This document shows positions 38,212 to 46,629 of a stretch of DNA of 64,000 nucleotides, piece after piece. Position numbers and translations under genes: made by a program. Each line of letters begins with the position of its first letter. The stretch's first letter is position 1. Source of the DNA: an uncultured Christensenellaceae bacterium (GTDB taxonomy: Bacteria; Bacillota; Clostridia; Christensenellales; Borkfalkiaceae); contig CAJUOY010000008.1 of assembly GCA_910588645.1 (NCBI GenBank), forward strand, positions 8,946 to 72,945, given 5' to 3'. The notes below the pieces were generated by a model. That model did not search any database and was not told the DNA's origin. It was given only the letters and a program-made list of their open reading frames with translations.

Positions 38212-38240
38212 TTGACAAACGGATTATGCGGTGCTATTAT
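38212..38240 (+). promoter_or_regulatory. Sigma-A-type promoter for the radical SAM / TIGR03915-like pair
   Basis: TTGACA, a 17-nt spacer, then TATTAT. Confidence 0.5.
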
Positions 38241-38312
38241 ATAAAAGTAAACATTTGTTTTCTTTGCGTAATTCGGGTATTTCGGCAAAGCAAAGTGTTA
38301 AGGGAATACGCT

Positions 38313-39569
38313 ATGTTGGACGCAGACAGACTTGAAATTTTAACAGAAAGCGCTAAATACGACGTGTCCTGCTCCTCCTCGGGTTCCAATCGGGTAAACG
38401 GAAACCGAGGACTGGGTAACGCTTCCGTCGGGGGAATATGCCACTCCTTTACCCCCGACGGAAGATGTATTTCCCTGCTCAAAATTTTGATGAGCAACGA
38501 ATGCATATACGACTGCGAATACTGCCCCAACCGCAAGAGCGCGGACGTAAGGCGGGCAAGGATTTCTCCCGACGAGATATGCGAGCTTGTAATCAATTTT
38601 TACAGACGCAATTATATAGAAGGACTGTTCCTTTCCTCCGCGGTATTCGAAACACCGAACAGGACTATGGAACTGTTGTGTGAAACGGTTACCAAACTTA
38701 GAAAAGTATATAATTTTAACGGCTACATTCATCTTAAAGGAATACCTCACGCCGACGAAGAACTAACCTTCAAGGCGGCGAGACTTGCGGACAGAATGAG
38801 CTATAACATAGAACTACCCAGCGAACAATCGCTTAAATTGCTTGCGCCGCAAAAGACAAAGCAAAGTCTGCTATTGCCTATGAAAAGTTTGCGCGACGCA
38901 ATGATATATGACAGAGAAAACAAAATAAAAATTAACAGAGTCCTCCCTGCGGGACAGACTACACAAATGATAATAGGCGCATCGCCTGAAAGCGACGGAC
39001 AAATTTTAAAACTTACCGAAGCTCTTTACAGAAATATGGGACTGAAAAGAGTTTACTATTCCTCCTATATTCCGGTCGTAAAGAGCAACAAACTTCCCGA
39101 TACCGCAACAGGTCTTCTCAGAGAACACAGACTATATCAGGCCGACTGGCTTATACGATATTACGGGTTCGATGTAGACGAAATAGTCGGCGAAGATGAA
39201 AATCTTTCCAGCGAGTATGATCCTAAATGTGCCTGGGCATTAAGAAATATGCAGCTTTTTCCCGTAGAGGTAAACACTGCCCCGCTCTCGACGCTGTTGC
39301 GCGTGCCCGGAATAGGCGCCAAAAGCGCATATAAAATAATCGAAACAAGAAAATTTTGCAAAATAGACTTTGATAATCTCGCAAAAATGCGCATAGTATT
39401 AAAGAGAGCAAAACACTTTATAACCTGCAACGGAAAATTTTACGGTTCGGAAAGTCTTTCGCAGGTAAAAACTTCCCTGCTTTTGGCAGGCCGAAGCGAG
39501 GTTACGGAACAGCTGAATATGTTTTCCGAAACCTCCACTGCCCTATCTGCTCTCACAGGTGAGATCTGA
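38313..39569 (+). CDS. Putative DNA modification/repair radical SAM protein (TIGR03916-like)
   Basis: CIYDCEYC (CxxxCxxC) radical SAM motif and a C-terminal helix-hairpin-helix LLRVPGIGAKSAYKI. Start trimmed to ATG 38313 (MLDADRLEIL) with an AAGGGAA SD. Confidence 0.85.
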   Translation: MLDADRLEILTESAKYDVSCSSSGSNRVNGNRGLGNASVGGICHSFTPDGRCISLLKILMSNECIYDCEYCPNRKSADVRRARISPDEICELVINFYRRNYIEGLFLSSAVFETPNRTMELLCETVTKLRKVYNFNGYIHLKGIPHADEELTFKAARLADRMSYNIELPSEQSLKLLAPQKTKQSLLLPMKSLRDAMIYDRENKIKINRVLPAGQTTQMIIGASPESDGQILKLTEALYRNMGLKRVYYSSYIPVVKSNKLPDTATGLLREHRLYQADWLIRYYGFDVDEIVGEDENLSSEYDPKCAWALRNMQLFPVEVNTAPLSTLLRVPGIGAKSAYKIIETRKFCKIDFDNLAKMRIVLKRAKHFITCNGKFYGSESLSQVKTSLLLAGRSEVTEQLNMFSETSTALSALTGEI

Positions 39570-39572
39570 TAA

Positions 39573-40301
39573 ATGAAAATTTTTGTATGCGACGGCTCCT
39601 TCGACGGTTTTTTTACCGCAGTATTTGACGCTTATTCCGATAAAAACTGCATAATAACGTCCGATAACGAAGTACAACTTACGCTTGACAGCGTGCTTGT
39701 GCAGGTAGAAACAAATCGGGAAAAGAGCAACAGAGTTAAAAAAGGAATAGAAAAATACGACAAAGAAAGCGTATATGATACGGAGCTTGTGCTGAGAAGC
39801 TGTTCTTCACTGAAAGAACAAATCGCATTTGAGTATATCAAAAGACTTCTTGCTACGAAGTCTCCCATTAAAAACGCTTACAATCTGCCTGAAGTAATAG
39901 ATTTTAACGACCTTACCTATAAAGTCAAAGGCGAAACACACAGGTTAAAGGGCTTTCTTAGATTTATGGAAAGCGCAAGCGGAGTATTGTACGCGCCTTA
40001 CACCCCGGACAACGATATTACAGACCTGCTTATGCCGCATTTTGCCGAGCGGCTGAAATCCGAAAGATTTGTAATTCACGATCTCAAACGTAAAATTGCA
40101 GGACTTTACGACGGTCACGAATGGATAATGTCGTATGCTGGCGAGGCCGAAGTTTACCTTTCTGAATACGAAAAAGCTTTTGAAACGCTGTGGAAAAAGT
40201 ATTATATTGCCGTAAATATAGCCGAACGTCCGCATGAAAAACAGATGAGAGGCTATATGCCCGTACGATATTGGAAACACCTTCCGGAAAAAAAACCTTA
40301 A
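39573..40301 (+). CDS. TIGR03915/DUF4130-like putative DNA metabolism protein (radical SAM partner)
   Basis: 242 aa. The N-terminus MKIFVCDGSFDGFFTAVFDAY is typical of this family. Starts 3 nt after the radical SAM gene's stop. Confidence 0.8.
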   Translation: MKIFVCDGSFDGFFTAVFDAYSDKNCIITSDNEVQLTLDSVLVQVETNREKSNRVKKGIEKYDKESVYDTELVLRSCSSLKEQIAFEYIKRLLATKSPIKNAYNLPEVIDFNDLTYKVKGETHRLKGFLRFMESASGVLYAPYTPDNDITDLLMPHFAERLKSERFVIHDLKRKIAGLYDGHEWIMSYAGEAEVYLSEYEKAFETLWKKYYIAVNIAERPHEKQMRGYMPVRYWKHLPEKKP

Positions 40302-40334
40302 AAGCCGCGCGGCAATATTCCGCGCGGCTTTTTA
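40301..40334. terminator. Bidirectional intrinsic terminator
   Basis: Stem gccgcgcgg / ccgcgcggc flanked by A- and T-runs, between convergent genes. Confidence 0.75.
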
Positions 40335-40342
40335 ACTTTAAT

Positions 40343-41170
40343 TTATTTGAGTTTCTTATAAACTTTATTTAAAAATTCCGTAAGATAATTGTTTTTAAGC
40401 TGCTCGATTTTACCACCGTCCGCAGCAATAGTAAGATTTCTGTCCAACGGCAGCTTTGCAACGGCAGGTATACCGTTTTCAAGAGCAAGCGCGTCCACGG
40501 CGCTATCGCCGAAAACAGAGATCTTTCTGCCGCAATCGGGGCATTCGAGATAGCTCATATTTTCCACTATACCCAAAATAGGCACTTTCATCATATTGGC
40601 CATATTTATAGCCTTCTGCACTATCATACCGACGAGATCCTGCGGAGTGGTAACGACGATAACTCCGTCAATAGGAATACTTTGAAATACCGTAAGGGGC
40701 ACGTCGCCGGTGCCGGGCGGCATATCTATAAACATAATATCAACGTCGGACCAAATAACGTCCGTCCAGAATTGAAGCACCGTGCCGGAAATAAGCGAAC
40801 CGCGCCATATTACGGGCTCCGCCTCGTTTTCAAGCAGGACGTTCATAGACATAATCTGTATACCGCTGTCAGTAACAACGGGAAGAATTCCCTCCTCCGA
40901 TCCCGCCGCGCGCTCAGTTGCGCCGAACATGCGGGGAATAGACGGTCCCGTCACGTCGGCATCCATTACAGCCGTAGACTTACCGCCATTTTGAGCTGCC
41001 GCCGCAAGAAGCGCACAGGTCATAGATTTACCTACCCCGCCCTTTCCGCTTACAACGGCGATAACTTTTTTAACCGAACTCATCTTATGAGATTCTTTTA
41101 TTAAACTTTTCTTTTCCCGTGAAGAACAATTCTCTTTACAGGACGAACAATCGTGCGAACAACCCGCCAT
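40343..41170 (-). CDS. Mrp/NBP35/ApbC-family Fe-S cluster carrier ATPase
   Basis: 275 aa. Deviant Walker A SGKGGVGKS, an ECPDCG CxxC motif, and an N-terminal Cys-rich CSHDCSSCKENC segment. Confidence 0.9.
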   Translation of the reverse strand: MAGCSHDCSSCKENCSSREKKSLIKESHKMSSVKKVIAVVSGKGGVGKSMTCALLAAAAQNGGKSTAVMDADVTGPSIPRMFGATERAAGSEEGILPVVTDSGIQIMSMNVLLENEAEPVIWRGSLISGTVLQFWTDVIWSDVDIMFIDMPPGTGDVPLTVFQSIPIDGVIVVTTPQDLVGMIVQKAINMANMMKVPILGIVENMSYLECPDCGRKISVFGDSAVDALALENGIPAVAKLPLDRNLTIAADGGKIEQLKNNYLTEFLNKVYKKLK

Positions 41171-41198
41171 AATTAACCGCCTTTATAAATATGTAACC

Positions 41199-41227
41199 AT
41201 TTTAGATTATGGACAAAAAAATGTCAA
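41199..41227 (-). promoter_or_regulatory. Sigma-A-type promoter for the mrp-like gene
   Basis: Minus strand reads TTGACA, a 17-nt spacer, then TAAAAT. Confidence 0.4.
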
Positions 41228-41252
41228 GCTAATAAAAGCACGGCAAAAAGAC

Positions 41253-41281
41253 TTGCCAATTTTAAATAAATCTGTTATAAT
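41253..41281 (+). promoter_or_regulatory. Sigma-A-type promoter for SRP RNA
   Basis: TTGCCA, a 17-nt spacer, then TATAAT, immediately upstream of the RNA. Confidence 0.5.
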
Positions 41282-41287
41282 TACCAA

Positions 41288-41540
41288 GCTGTGCTAAGTG
41301 GGGAGTTTGCGGTGCCCTGAACCTGCAATCCGCAATAGCAGGACCGAACGTCTTTCCCGACGGATCAAGTGGAAGGCTGCGCTTTATAAGGGGTGTTGAT
41401 ACCAAGGTCTTATGCAACCGATCACTGCGAACCGTGTCAGGACAGGGATGTAGCAGCACTAAACAGCCCGATCGGTGTGCCATAAGGTAGCTTTGGAGTA
41501 GCTACCTGTAAAGTTTACGCTTCGGCTTGTTCCGGCAAAA
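41288..41540 (+). ncRNA. ffs: Signal recognition particle RNA, long Bacillus/Clostridium type with Alu domain (ends approximate)
   Basis: The 5' segment GTGCTAAGTGGGGAGTTTGCGGTGCCCTGAACCTGCAATCCGC closely parallels the B. subtilis scRNA Alu-domain sequence. The domain IV motif GTCAGGACAGGGATGTAGCAGC lies at 41435..41457. The region has its own promoter and a downstream terminator and contains no credible CDS. Confidence 0.8.
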
Positions 41541-41566
41541 AAGACTGCACAGTATTTTTTAAAAAT

Positions 41567-41598
41567 AAAAGACTGCCTACTATCAGGCAGTCTTTTTA
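41567..41598. terminator. Bidirectional intrinsic terminator (SRP RNA / ABC-2 permease)
   Basis: Stem gactgcc / ggcagtc flanked by aaaa and ttttt. Confidence 0.7.
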
Positions 41599-41600
41599 AC

Positions 41601-42734
41601 TTATTTTTTAAACATAATTCTTTCGCTTTTGAACATAAACGTCAAAAGTACTACAAGTCCCAACGATACTACTATATTTGAGATTATCGAAAGAGCAACG
41701 CCTAATCCCGAAGCGGAGAAAGACATAATCGAAGCCATAGCCAGCCCGCTGCCGAGTAAAGGAATGAGATAAAGCCCTATCGACGGCGAGGCAGTGAAAA
41801 ACATCGAGGCCATTCCCATAAGAATAATTAAGATCATAAGCGGAGCTATCAAAGTTCCCGCCTCTTTCACGCTCTTTGCAAAGGCCGACATAACCGAAAA
41901 TGCAGAAATTATCAACAAAACTACGGAAATGATTATACCAAACACCATAAAGTAATCCCCAACGGAATACATTGCCGCCGTATCCACCCCGACAAAGCCG
42001 GACGTCAATTTCGGCAACGATAATATTACTCCGATAAAACTCGAAATACCGCTTAACAAGGCAAAACAGGAAAGACTCAAAATTTTACCGATCGCAAGCT
42101 CCACTCTTCTTATAGGCGTTATCAGCATTGTAGCCATAGTCCCTCTCTCCTTTTCGCCCGCTATGGATTCGGGAGCAACGGAGATACAGGCGGAAGCCAA
42201 AAGCGAGAACATCAGCATTGGCACCAACATAGAAGTTATGCTTGCGGTGAGATCGCGTTCGCTTGCAAGATCGAACTTTTGCGCCGAAGAATTAATCGTA
42301 AATGCAGGTCTGTTCGTTTTAGACAGAAGCATATTCACTATTTGAAATCCTGCGGCGGAGCCCGTAACGGAGGAGTTATAATATACCCTTACTTCGGGAG
42401 GGTTTTCGGTATCGAAAGCCTCATTGAAGTTTTCGGGAAAAATTACGGCGACATCGAGTTTGCCTTCGGCAACCGCCTGCTTTGCGCTCTCCTCCGTAAA
42501 ATCATCCTTTGGTTCGAGATGCAGAGACAAAAATTCGGAATAACCGGACGGCGCCGACAGATAAGCGCTCGGTTTATAGTTCTCATCTACTCCTACAATG
42601 TCCGAAATTGCCGAGCCTATCAAAGTATATACAACAAAAATGAGTACACCGGGCAAAAGCACAGTAATGACCATTCTCTTGTCCCTGAAAAAGCGAGAAA
42701 ATTCCTTTTTAATAATTGTCAAAATGTTTTTCAT
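41601..42734 (-). CDS. ABC-2 family transporter permease (NatB-like)
   Basis: 377 aa. One N-terminal TM helix, a large extracytoplasmic loop, then five or six C-terminal TM helices. Overlaps the ATPase gene. Confidence 0.8.
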   Translation of the reverse strand: MKNILTIIKKEFSRFFRDKRMVITVLLPGVLIFVVYTLIGSAISDIVGVDENYKPSAYLSAPSGYSEFLSLHLEPKDDFTEESAKQAVAEGKLDVAVIFPENFNEAFDTENPPEVRVYYNSSVTGSAAGFQIVNMLLSKTNRPAFTINSSAQKFDLASERDLTASITSMLVPMLMFSLLASACISVAPESIAGEKERGTMATMLITPIRRVELAIGKILSLSCFALLSGISSFIGVILSLPKLTSGFVGVDTAAMYSVGDYFMVFGIIISVVLLIISAFSVMSAFAKSVKEAGTLIAPLMILIILMGMASMFFTASPSIGLYLIPLLGSGLAMASIMSFSASGLGVALSIISNIVVSLGLVVLLTFMFKSERIMFKK

Positions 42735-43504
42735 AAGGTTTCGCCCGTAACTTTATAATATAAGTCAAAGAATGCCGTTTCAAGATTGCATTCCTTAGTA
42801 ATGTTTTGCAGAGTATCCAAAGCGACAAGCCTGCCGTCTATAATAATGCCCACTCTGTCACACAATTTTTCAACCAAGCTGAAAATGTGAGTTGAAAGAA
42901 TTATCGTCTTACCTTCGCTTTTCAATTCTTCCAAAAAATCAGTTACGACTTTGGCAGTGAGAACGTCAAGCCCGTTTGTAGGTTCGTCGAAAATTATTAG
43001 TTCCGGATCGTGAACAATTGAAATTACCAATGAAACCTTTTGCTTCATACCCGTAGACAGGTTGGCGAATTTGACCTCCGCAAAGCGGTCTATTCCAAAC
43101 TTTTCAAAGAGTTTTTTCTTACGTTCTTCCGCAACGGACTTTTCAACACCGTAAAGTTCGCTGAAAAAACCGTAGAGATAATTAGGCGTAAAAAAATCTT
43201 CCAATTTAAGTTCGGAAGTGAGAAACCCTATCTTCCTGCGCACGGCATTTTCTTCCGAAACAACGCTCTTACCATCGACGAAAGCGTCGCCTGAATCTGG
43301 TTTTATAAGCGTGGCCAACATACGCAACGTAGTCGTTTTACCCGCACCGTTCGGCCCTAAAAGTCCAAAAATTTCACCTTTATTAACTGTAAACGACAAA
43401 TCGTTTACAGCTACTTTTATAGCCAAACCGGTCTTTTCAGTTTTTTGCTGTTTGCGCGAAAGTTTAAAGCTTTTAGTTAAACTTTCAACTTTTAAAATTT
43501 CCAT
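42731..43504 (-). CDS. ABC transporter ATP-binding protein (NatA-like)
   Basis: Walker A GPNGAGKTT, signature LSTGMKQKV and Walker B IIFDEP. Start set to ATG 43504 (MEILKVESL) with a GGTG SD 6 nt upstream. Confidence 0.9.
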   Translation of the reverse strand: MEILKVESLTKSFKLSRKQQKTEKTGLAIKVAVNDLSFTVNKGEIFGLLGPNGAGKTTTLRMLATLIKPDSGDAFVDGKSVVSEENAVRRKIGFLTSELKLEDFFTPNYLYGFFSELYGVEKSVAEERKKKLFEKFGIDRFAEVKFANLSTGMKQKVSLVISIVHDPELIIFDEPTNGLDVLTAKVVTDFLEELKSEGKTIILSTHIFSLVEKLCDRVGIIIDGRLVALDTLQNITKECNLETAFFDLYYKVTGETL

Positions 43505-43518
43505 AATATGCACCTTAT

Positions 43519-43555
43519 AAAAAAGAACGGCGAAATTTTATTCGCCGTTCTTTTT
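43519..43555 (-). terminator. Intrinsic terminator after uppP, abutting the natA-like RBS
   Basis: Stem gaacggcgaa / ttcgccgttc (10 bp). On the minus strand it is followed by tttttt and then the SD. Confidence 0.55.
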
Positions 43556-44378
43556 ACACGTTAAAATAAGTAAAATGTAAAACTATGCAAGTAACGGACA
43601 TCAGTACAAGATAGAGGCTGAACCACTTATAATTAGCCTTCTTAATTACTTTCAACATTACTTTTATAGCAAAAATACCAGCAACGGCCGAAACAATAAA
43701 ACCTAACGCAATACTCCACCCAAGCGTTGCCCCGCCGGTAGCGAAGCTATCCTGTATTTCTCCGCAATAGAGCCTGAGAACAAGTTCTACAAGAAAACTG
43801 CCTAAAATTACAGGAATACTCATCATAAACGAGAATGAAGCAACTTCATCCCTGTTGCACCCTGCAATCGTACCCGCGCAAATTGTTGAGCCGCTGCGAG
43901 AAATTCCGGGAAGAACAGCCAAAGCCTGAGCAAATCCCATAGGAAGCGTAGTTTTTAAACATAAAGGCAAAATATTTTCACGTTTTCTCGCTATTCTTTC
44001 GGTTACGAAAAGCACGGTTGCGGTTACAAGAAAGAACGCCGCAAGCACAAGTCCCATCGCCGAAGGCGCAAGCAAAATTTCGTCAAGATCAACCGCTTTT
44101 ATAACTATACCCGTTATTCCCGCAGGAATGGTTGCAAGAACCAATAATCCAAGCGTTTTAAAGGGTTTTTTAAACAGGTTGAGAATATCCCGCCAAAACA
44201 CAATCGCCACGGCAACAAGCGTGCCGAGGTGAAGTATGATCATAAAAAACAATGCAATATCGTCGCCGCTTATACCGAACACGCCTTGAAAAAAAGCTAT
44301 GTGACCGGAGGACGATACCGGTAAAAATTCTGTCAAGCCCTGAACGAGCCCGAGTATTACCGCCTGCCAAATTTCCAT
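43554..44378 (-). CDS. uppP: Undecaprenyl-diphosphate phosphatase
   Basis: 274 aa. BacA motifs GLTEFLPVSSSGH and LPGISRSGSTI. Polytopic membrane protein. Confidence 0.95.
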   Translation of the reverse strand: MEIWQAVILGLVQGLTEFLPVSSSGHIAFFQGVFGISGDDIALFFMIILHLGTLVAVAIVFWRDILNLFKKPFKTLGLLVLATIPAGITGIVIKAVDLDEILLAPSAMGLVLAAFFLVTATVLFVTERIARKRENILPLCLKTTLPMGFAQALAVLPGISRSGSTICAGTIAGCNRDEVASFSFMMSIPVILGSFLVELVLRLYCGEIQDSFATGGATLGWSIALGFIVSAVAGIFAIKVMLKVIKKANYKWFSLYLVLMSVTCIVLHFTYFNV

Positions 44379-44387
44379 AAGAAGTCC

Positions 44388-46526
44388 TTATTTATCCATA
44401 TCCAGCAAATCCTGATACCTCGTCTGATAGGTAGTAACGGTATCGTCGGATTTGAATTCATTGATGATCTGAGTACTTCTCGTAGTAGAAATATTTGAAA
44501 TATTCTTGGTCTTTACCATTTCATAGAAAAGGTTTTCAAACGTACCCTCTTTATTTACGTTATCTTCCCAGTTCGGCGTATACTGCGCGCCGCCCTCGGG
44601 GCTGAAAGTATAAGTTACGTATATGAGGTGCCAACCGTAATCGCCTGCGCAAACAACCCAGTTACCCGCGCCCTTGTTTATGGCCTTGTGAGCCGCATAC
44701 TCAAATTCTTTTATATAGCTCGTATCGCCAGCGTCAACCGAATATCCAATGTACTGCGACAAAACCGAAGTATCGGTTGTATATGCATACTGCAACTCGT
44801 TTACAGCCGCAAGAGCCTTGTAATTCTTATTGTCCGCTCCCCTATACAGTAAATTAGATCTGTTATAAGCCGCGTCGCTGTTTGTCAGGCTTATTTTGCC
44901 CTCAGCATAAACGAAGTTTTCGTAGTTAATTTTCTTATCACCGTCCTCGTCTTTGTAAAGAGATTCTGAGTCGAGGTTATAATAATTCTGTTTTACGGTA
45001 TAGCTGTCGTTATTACCCGTTACGTAGTTAACGTAATCGACGAACTCGTCCAACATACTGTTAACCGTGAGCTTTTCGGGAATAAGAACGTAGCCCTCAT
45101 CCTTTTCAACTACCGAACCGTTATATGCATATCTGCCGTCGTATTTGGAAAGAGCTTCATATCTGTCGGTATACTTTATATTATTTTCAAAGAACAGCCA
45201 ACCACTGTCGCCGAAATATTCCGCATTTTCTTCCGCTTTAAAGGCATATTCCTTTTCGCCGTTGAACCAGGCGGAACGCTGATCGGTAGCTTCTATAAGT
45301 TTAAGAATGTTGTTTCTTTCAATATAATATTCAGGTTTATATCCGCCGTCTGCCTCTGAGTCTTTATACATACTCTGCAACTCGGTCAATTTAGCGCTCT
45401 GAGTTGCGCTGAAAGGCAACAAAATATTATATACGAAACCGAAAGCGCCGTCTTCGCGCGTATCGGGCGCATAAAGGACAAATTGCGAATCCGACATACC
45501 GCTGAGAGCCGAACTAAGTGCGGACGAAGTGCTATACGCGTCTTCCTGATATCCGAGGAGATCCTCGTACACGGACTGAATATACGAATATCTGCTCTGT
45601 CCTGCGGTAATAAGTTTTTCTTCCTGCTCTTCTTCGAAGAGATCGTAATACTTATTCAAAATCTGCTGCTCAAGCTGGGTGAGATATTCTTCTTTTATAT
45701 AGTTTAGAGACATTACATCGCGGAGATTTTCCGTACTCTTGTCAACGAGATTGTATCCGAGAGATACGAGCGAGCTTATAAAATCGTTGTAAGCCTGCAT
45801 TCTTTTCGCTCTGGTAGTGCCCTCAACGGGATTTTCCTGGTAAACGCCACTGTCGGAAAGAAGATAATTCTCATATCCGGTATATACTTTATAATCTATT
45901 GAACCGTCTTCCTTCTTGGGATAGTAATCTTCCAGTTCGGTATCCACGCCCGTGGGAGTATCGCGCTTATCGGTGCCGGCTGTTGAGTTGTTCTCACTAT
46001 TGTTTTTCTTTTCCTGAGAATCGATGGCGTTATTTATTGCGCGCATAAGAGAATATTCCGCAAGCTTAACTTCGTCGGAATCTTCTCCGAGCAAATACTC
46101 GTATTTCTCTTGCAAAGTAGCCTTGCCTTCATATTCGGAAATAATCGCAGCAGCTGTCTTATTCTCCTTTTCCGCTTTGTCCTTCAAAAGATAAAGCGTG
46201 GCATACTGAACAAGAACGGCGTTATCGACAAGATCACTCATAAGTCTTGTAAAAGTCTGCTCGTAATTCCAACCGTAATTATTGATATAATTGGAGCCCG
46301 CATTAATAAAATACGTGACGAGTTCCCTCTTTATAACTTCCGAAGTTCCAACCGCGGAAGAATAATCTTTGAGTTCCTTATCCAGGTTTTCGGAAATATT
46401 TACTTCCGCCAAAACCTGAGACATATCGGCATTAGGATTAGAGGAAACCTGCGAACAACCGCCGAGAACGGACGTCGCAATAATCGAAGTTGCCAAAATG
46501 CCGCCAATTATGTTTTTCTTTTTCAT
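44388..46526 (-). CDS. Large secreted lipoprotein, possibly a divergent SurA-N/PrsA-like chaperone
   Basis: 712 aa. Lipobox LGGCSQ. The N-terminal region is SurA_N-like, the middle is rich in Y/N/E/D, and the C-terminal GDYGWHLIYVTY echoes the parvulin FGYHIIKV strand. It occupies the position after mfd where clostridial PrsA-like genes usually sit. Confidence 0.6.
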   Translation of the reverse strand: MKKKNIIGGILATSIIATSVLGGCSQVSSNPNADMSQVLAEVNISENLDKELKDYSSAVGTSEVIKRELVTYFINAGSNYINNYGWNYEQTFTRLMSDLVDNAVLVQYATLYLLKDKAEKENKTAAAIISEYEGKATLQEKYEYLLGEDSDEVKLAEYSLMRAINNAIDSQEKKNNSENNSTAGTDKRDTPTGVDTELEDYYPKKEDGSIDYKVYTGYENYLLSDSGVYQENPVEGTTRAKRMQAYNDFISSLVSLGYNLVDKSTENLRDVMSLNYIKEEYLTQLEQQILNKYYDLFEEEQEEKLITAGQSRYSYIQSVYEDLLGYQEDAYSTSSALSSALSGMSDSQFVLYAPDTREDGAFGFVYNILLPFSATQSAKLTELQSMYKDSEADGGYKPEYYIERNNILKLIEATDQRSAWFNGEKEYAFKAEENAEYFGDSGWLFFENNIKYTDRYEALSKYDGRYAYNGSVVEKDEGYVLIPEKLTVNSMLDEFVDYVNYVTGNNDSYTVKQNYYNLDSESLYKDEDGDKKINYENFVYAEGKISLTNSDAAYNRSNLLYRGADNKNYKALAAVNELQYAYTTDTSVLSQYIGYSVDAGDTSYIKEFEYAAHKAINKGAGNWVVCAGDYGWHLIYVTYTFSPEGGAQYTPNWEDNVNKEGTFENLFYEMVKTKNISNISTTRSTQIINEFKSDDTVTTYQTRYQDLLDMDK

Positions 46527-46584
46527 TTAATATCGCTCCGAAAAATTATGCAAAAATGCAGAGTACTGTAAAATACCAGTTAAC

Positions 46585-46613
46585 ATTATAATATATTTTT
46601 AACGGTATAGCAA
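46585..46613 (-). promoter_or_regulatory. Sigma-A-type promoter for the lipoprotein gene
   Basis: Minus strand reads TTGCTA, a 17-nt spacer, then TATAAT. Confidence 0.4.
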
Positions 46614-46629
46614 ATCTTTTTTGTGAAAT

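Noticed and set aside
41262-41483. 73-aa minus-strand ORF in the mrp/ABC-2 intergenic gap
   Set aside because: It lies entirely within, and antisense to, the SRP RNA gene, which has its own promoter, conserved Alu and domain IV motifs and a terminator. The ORF has no SD.
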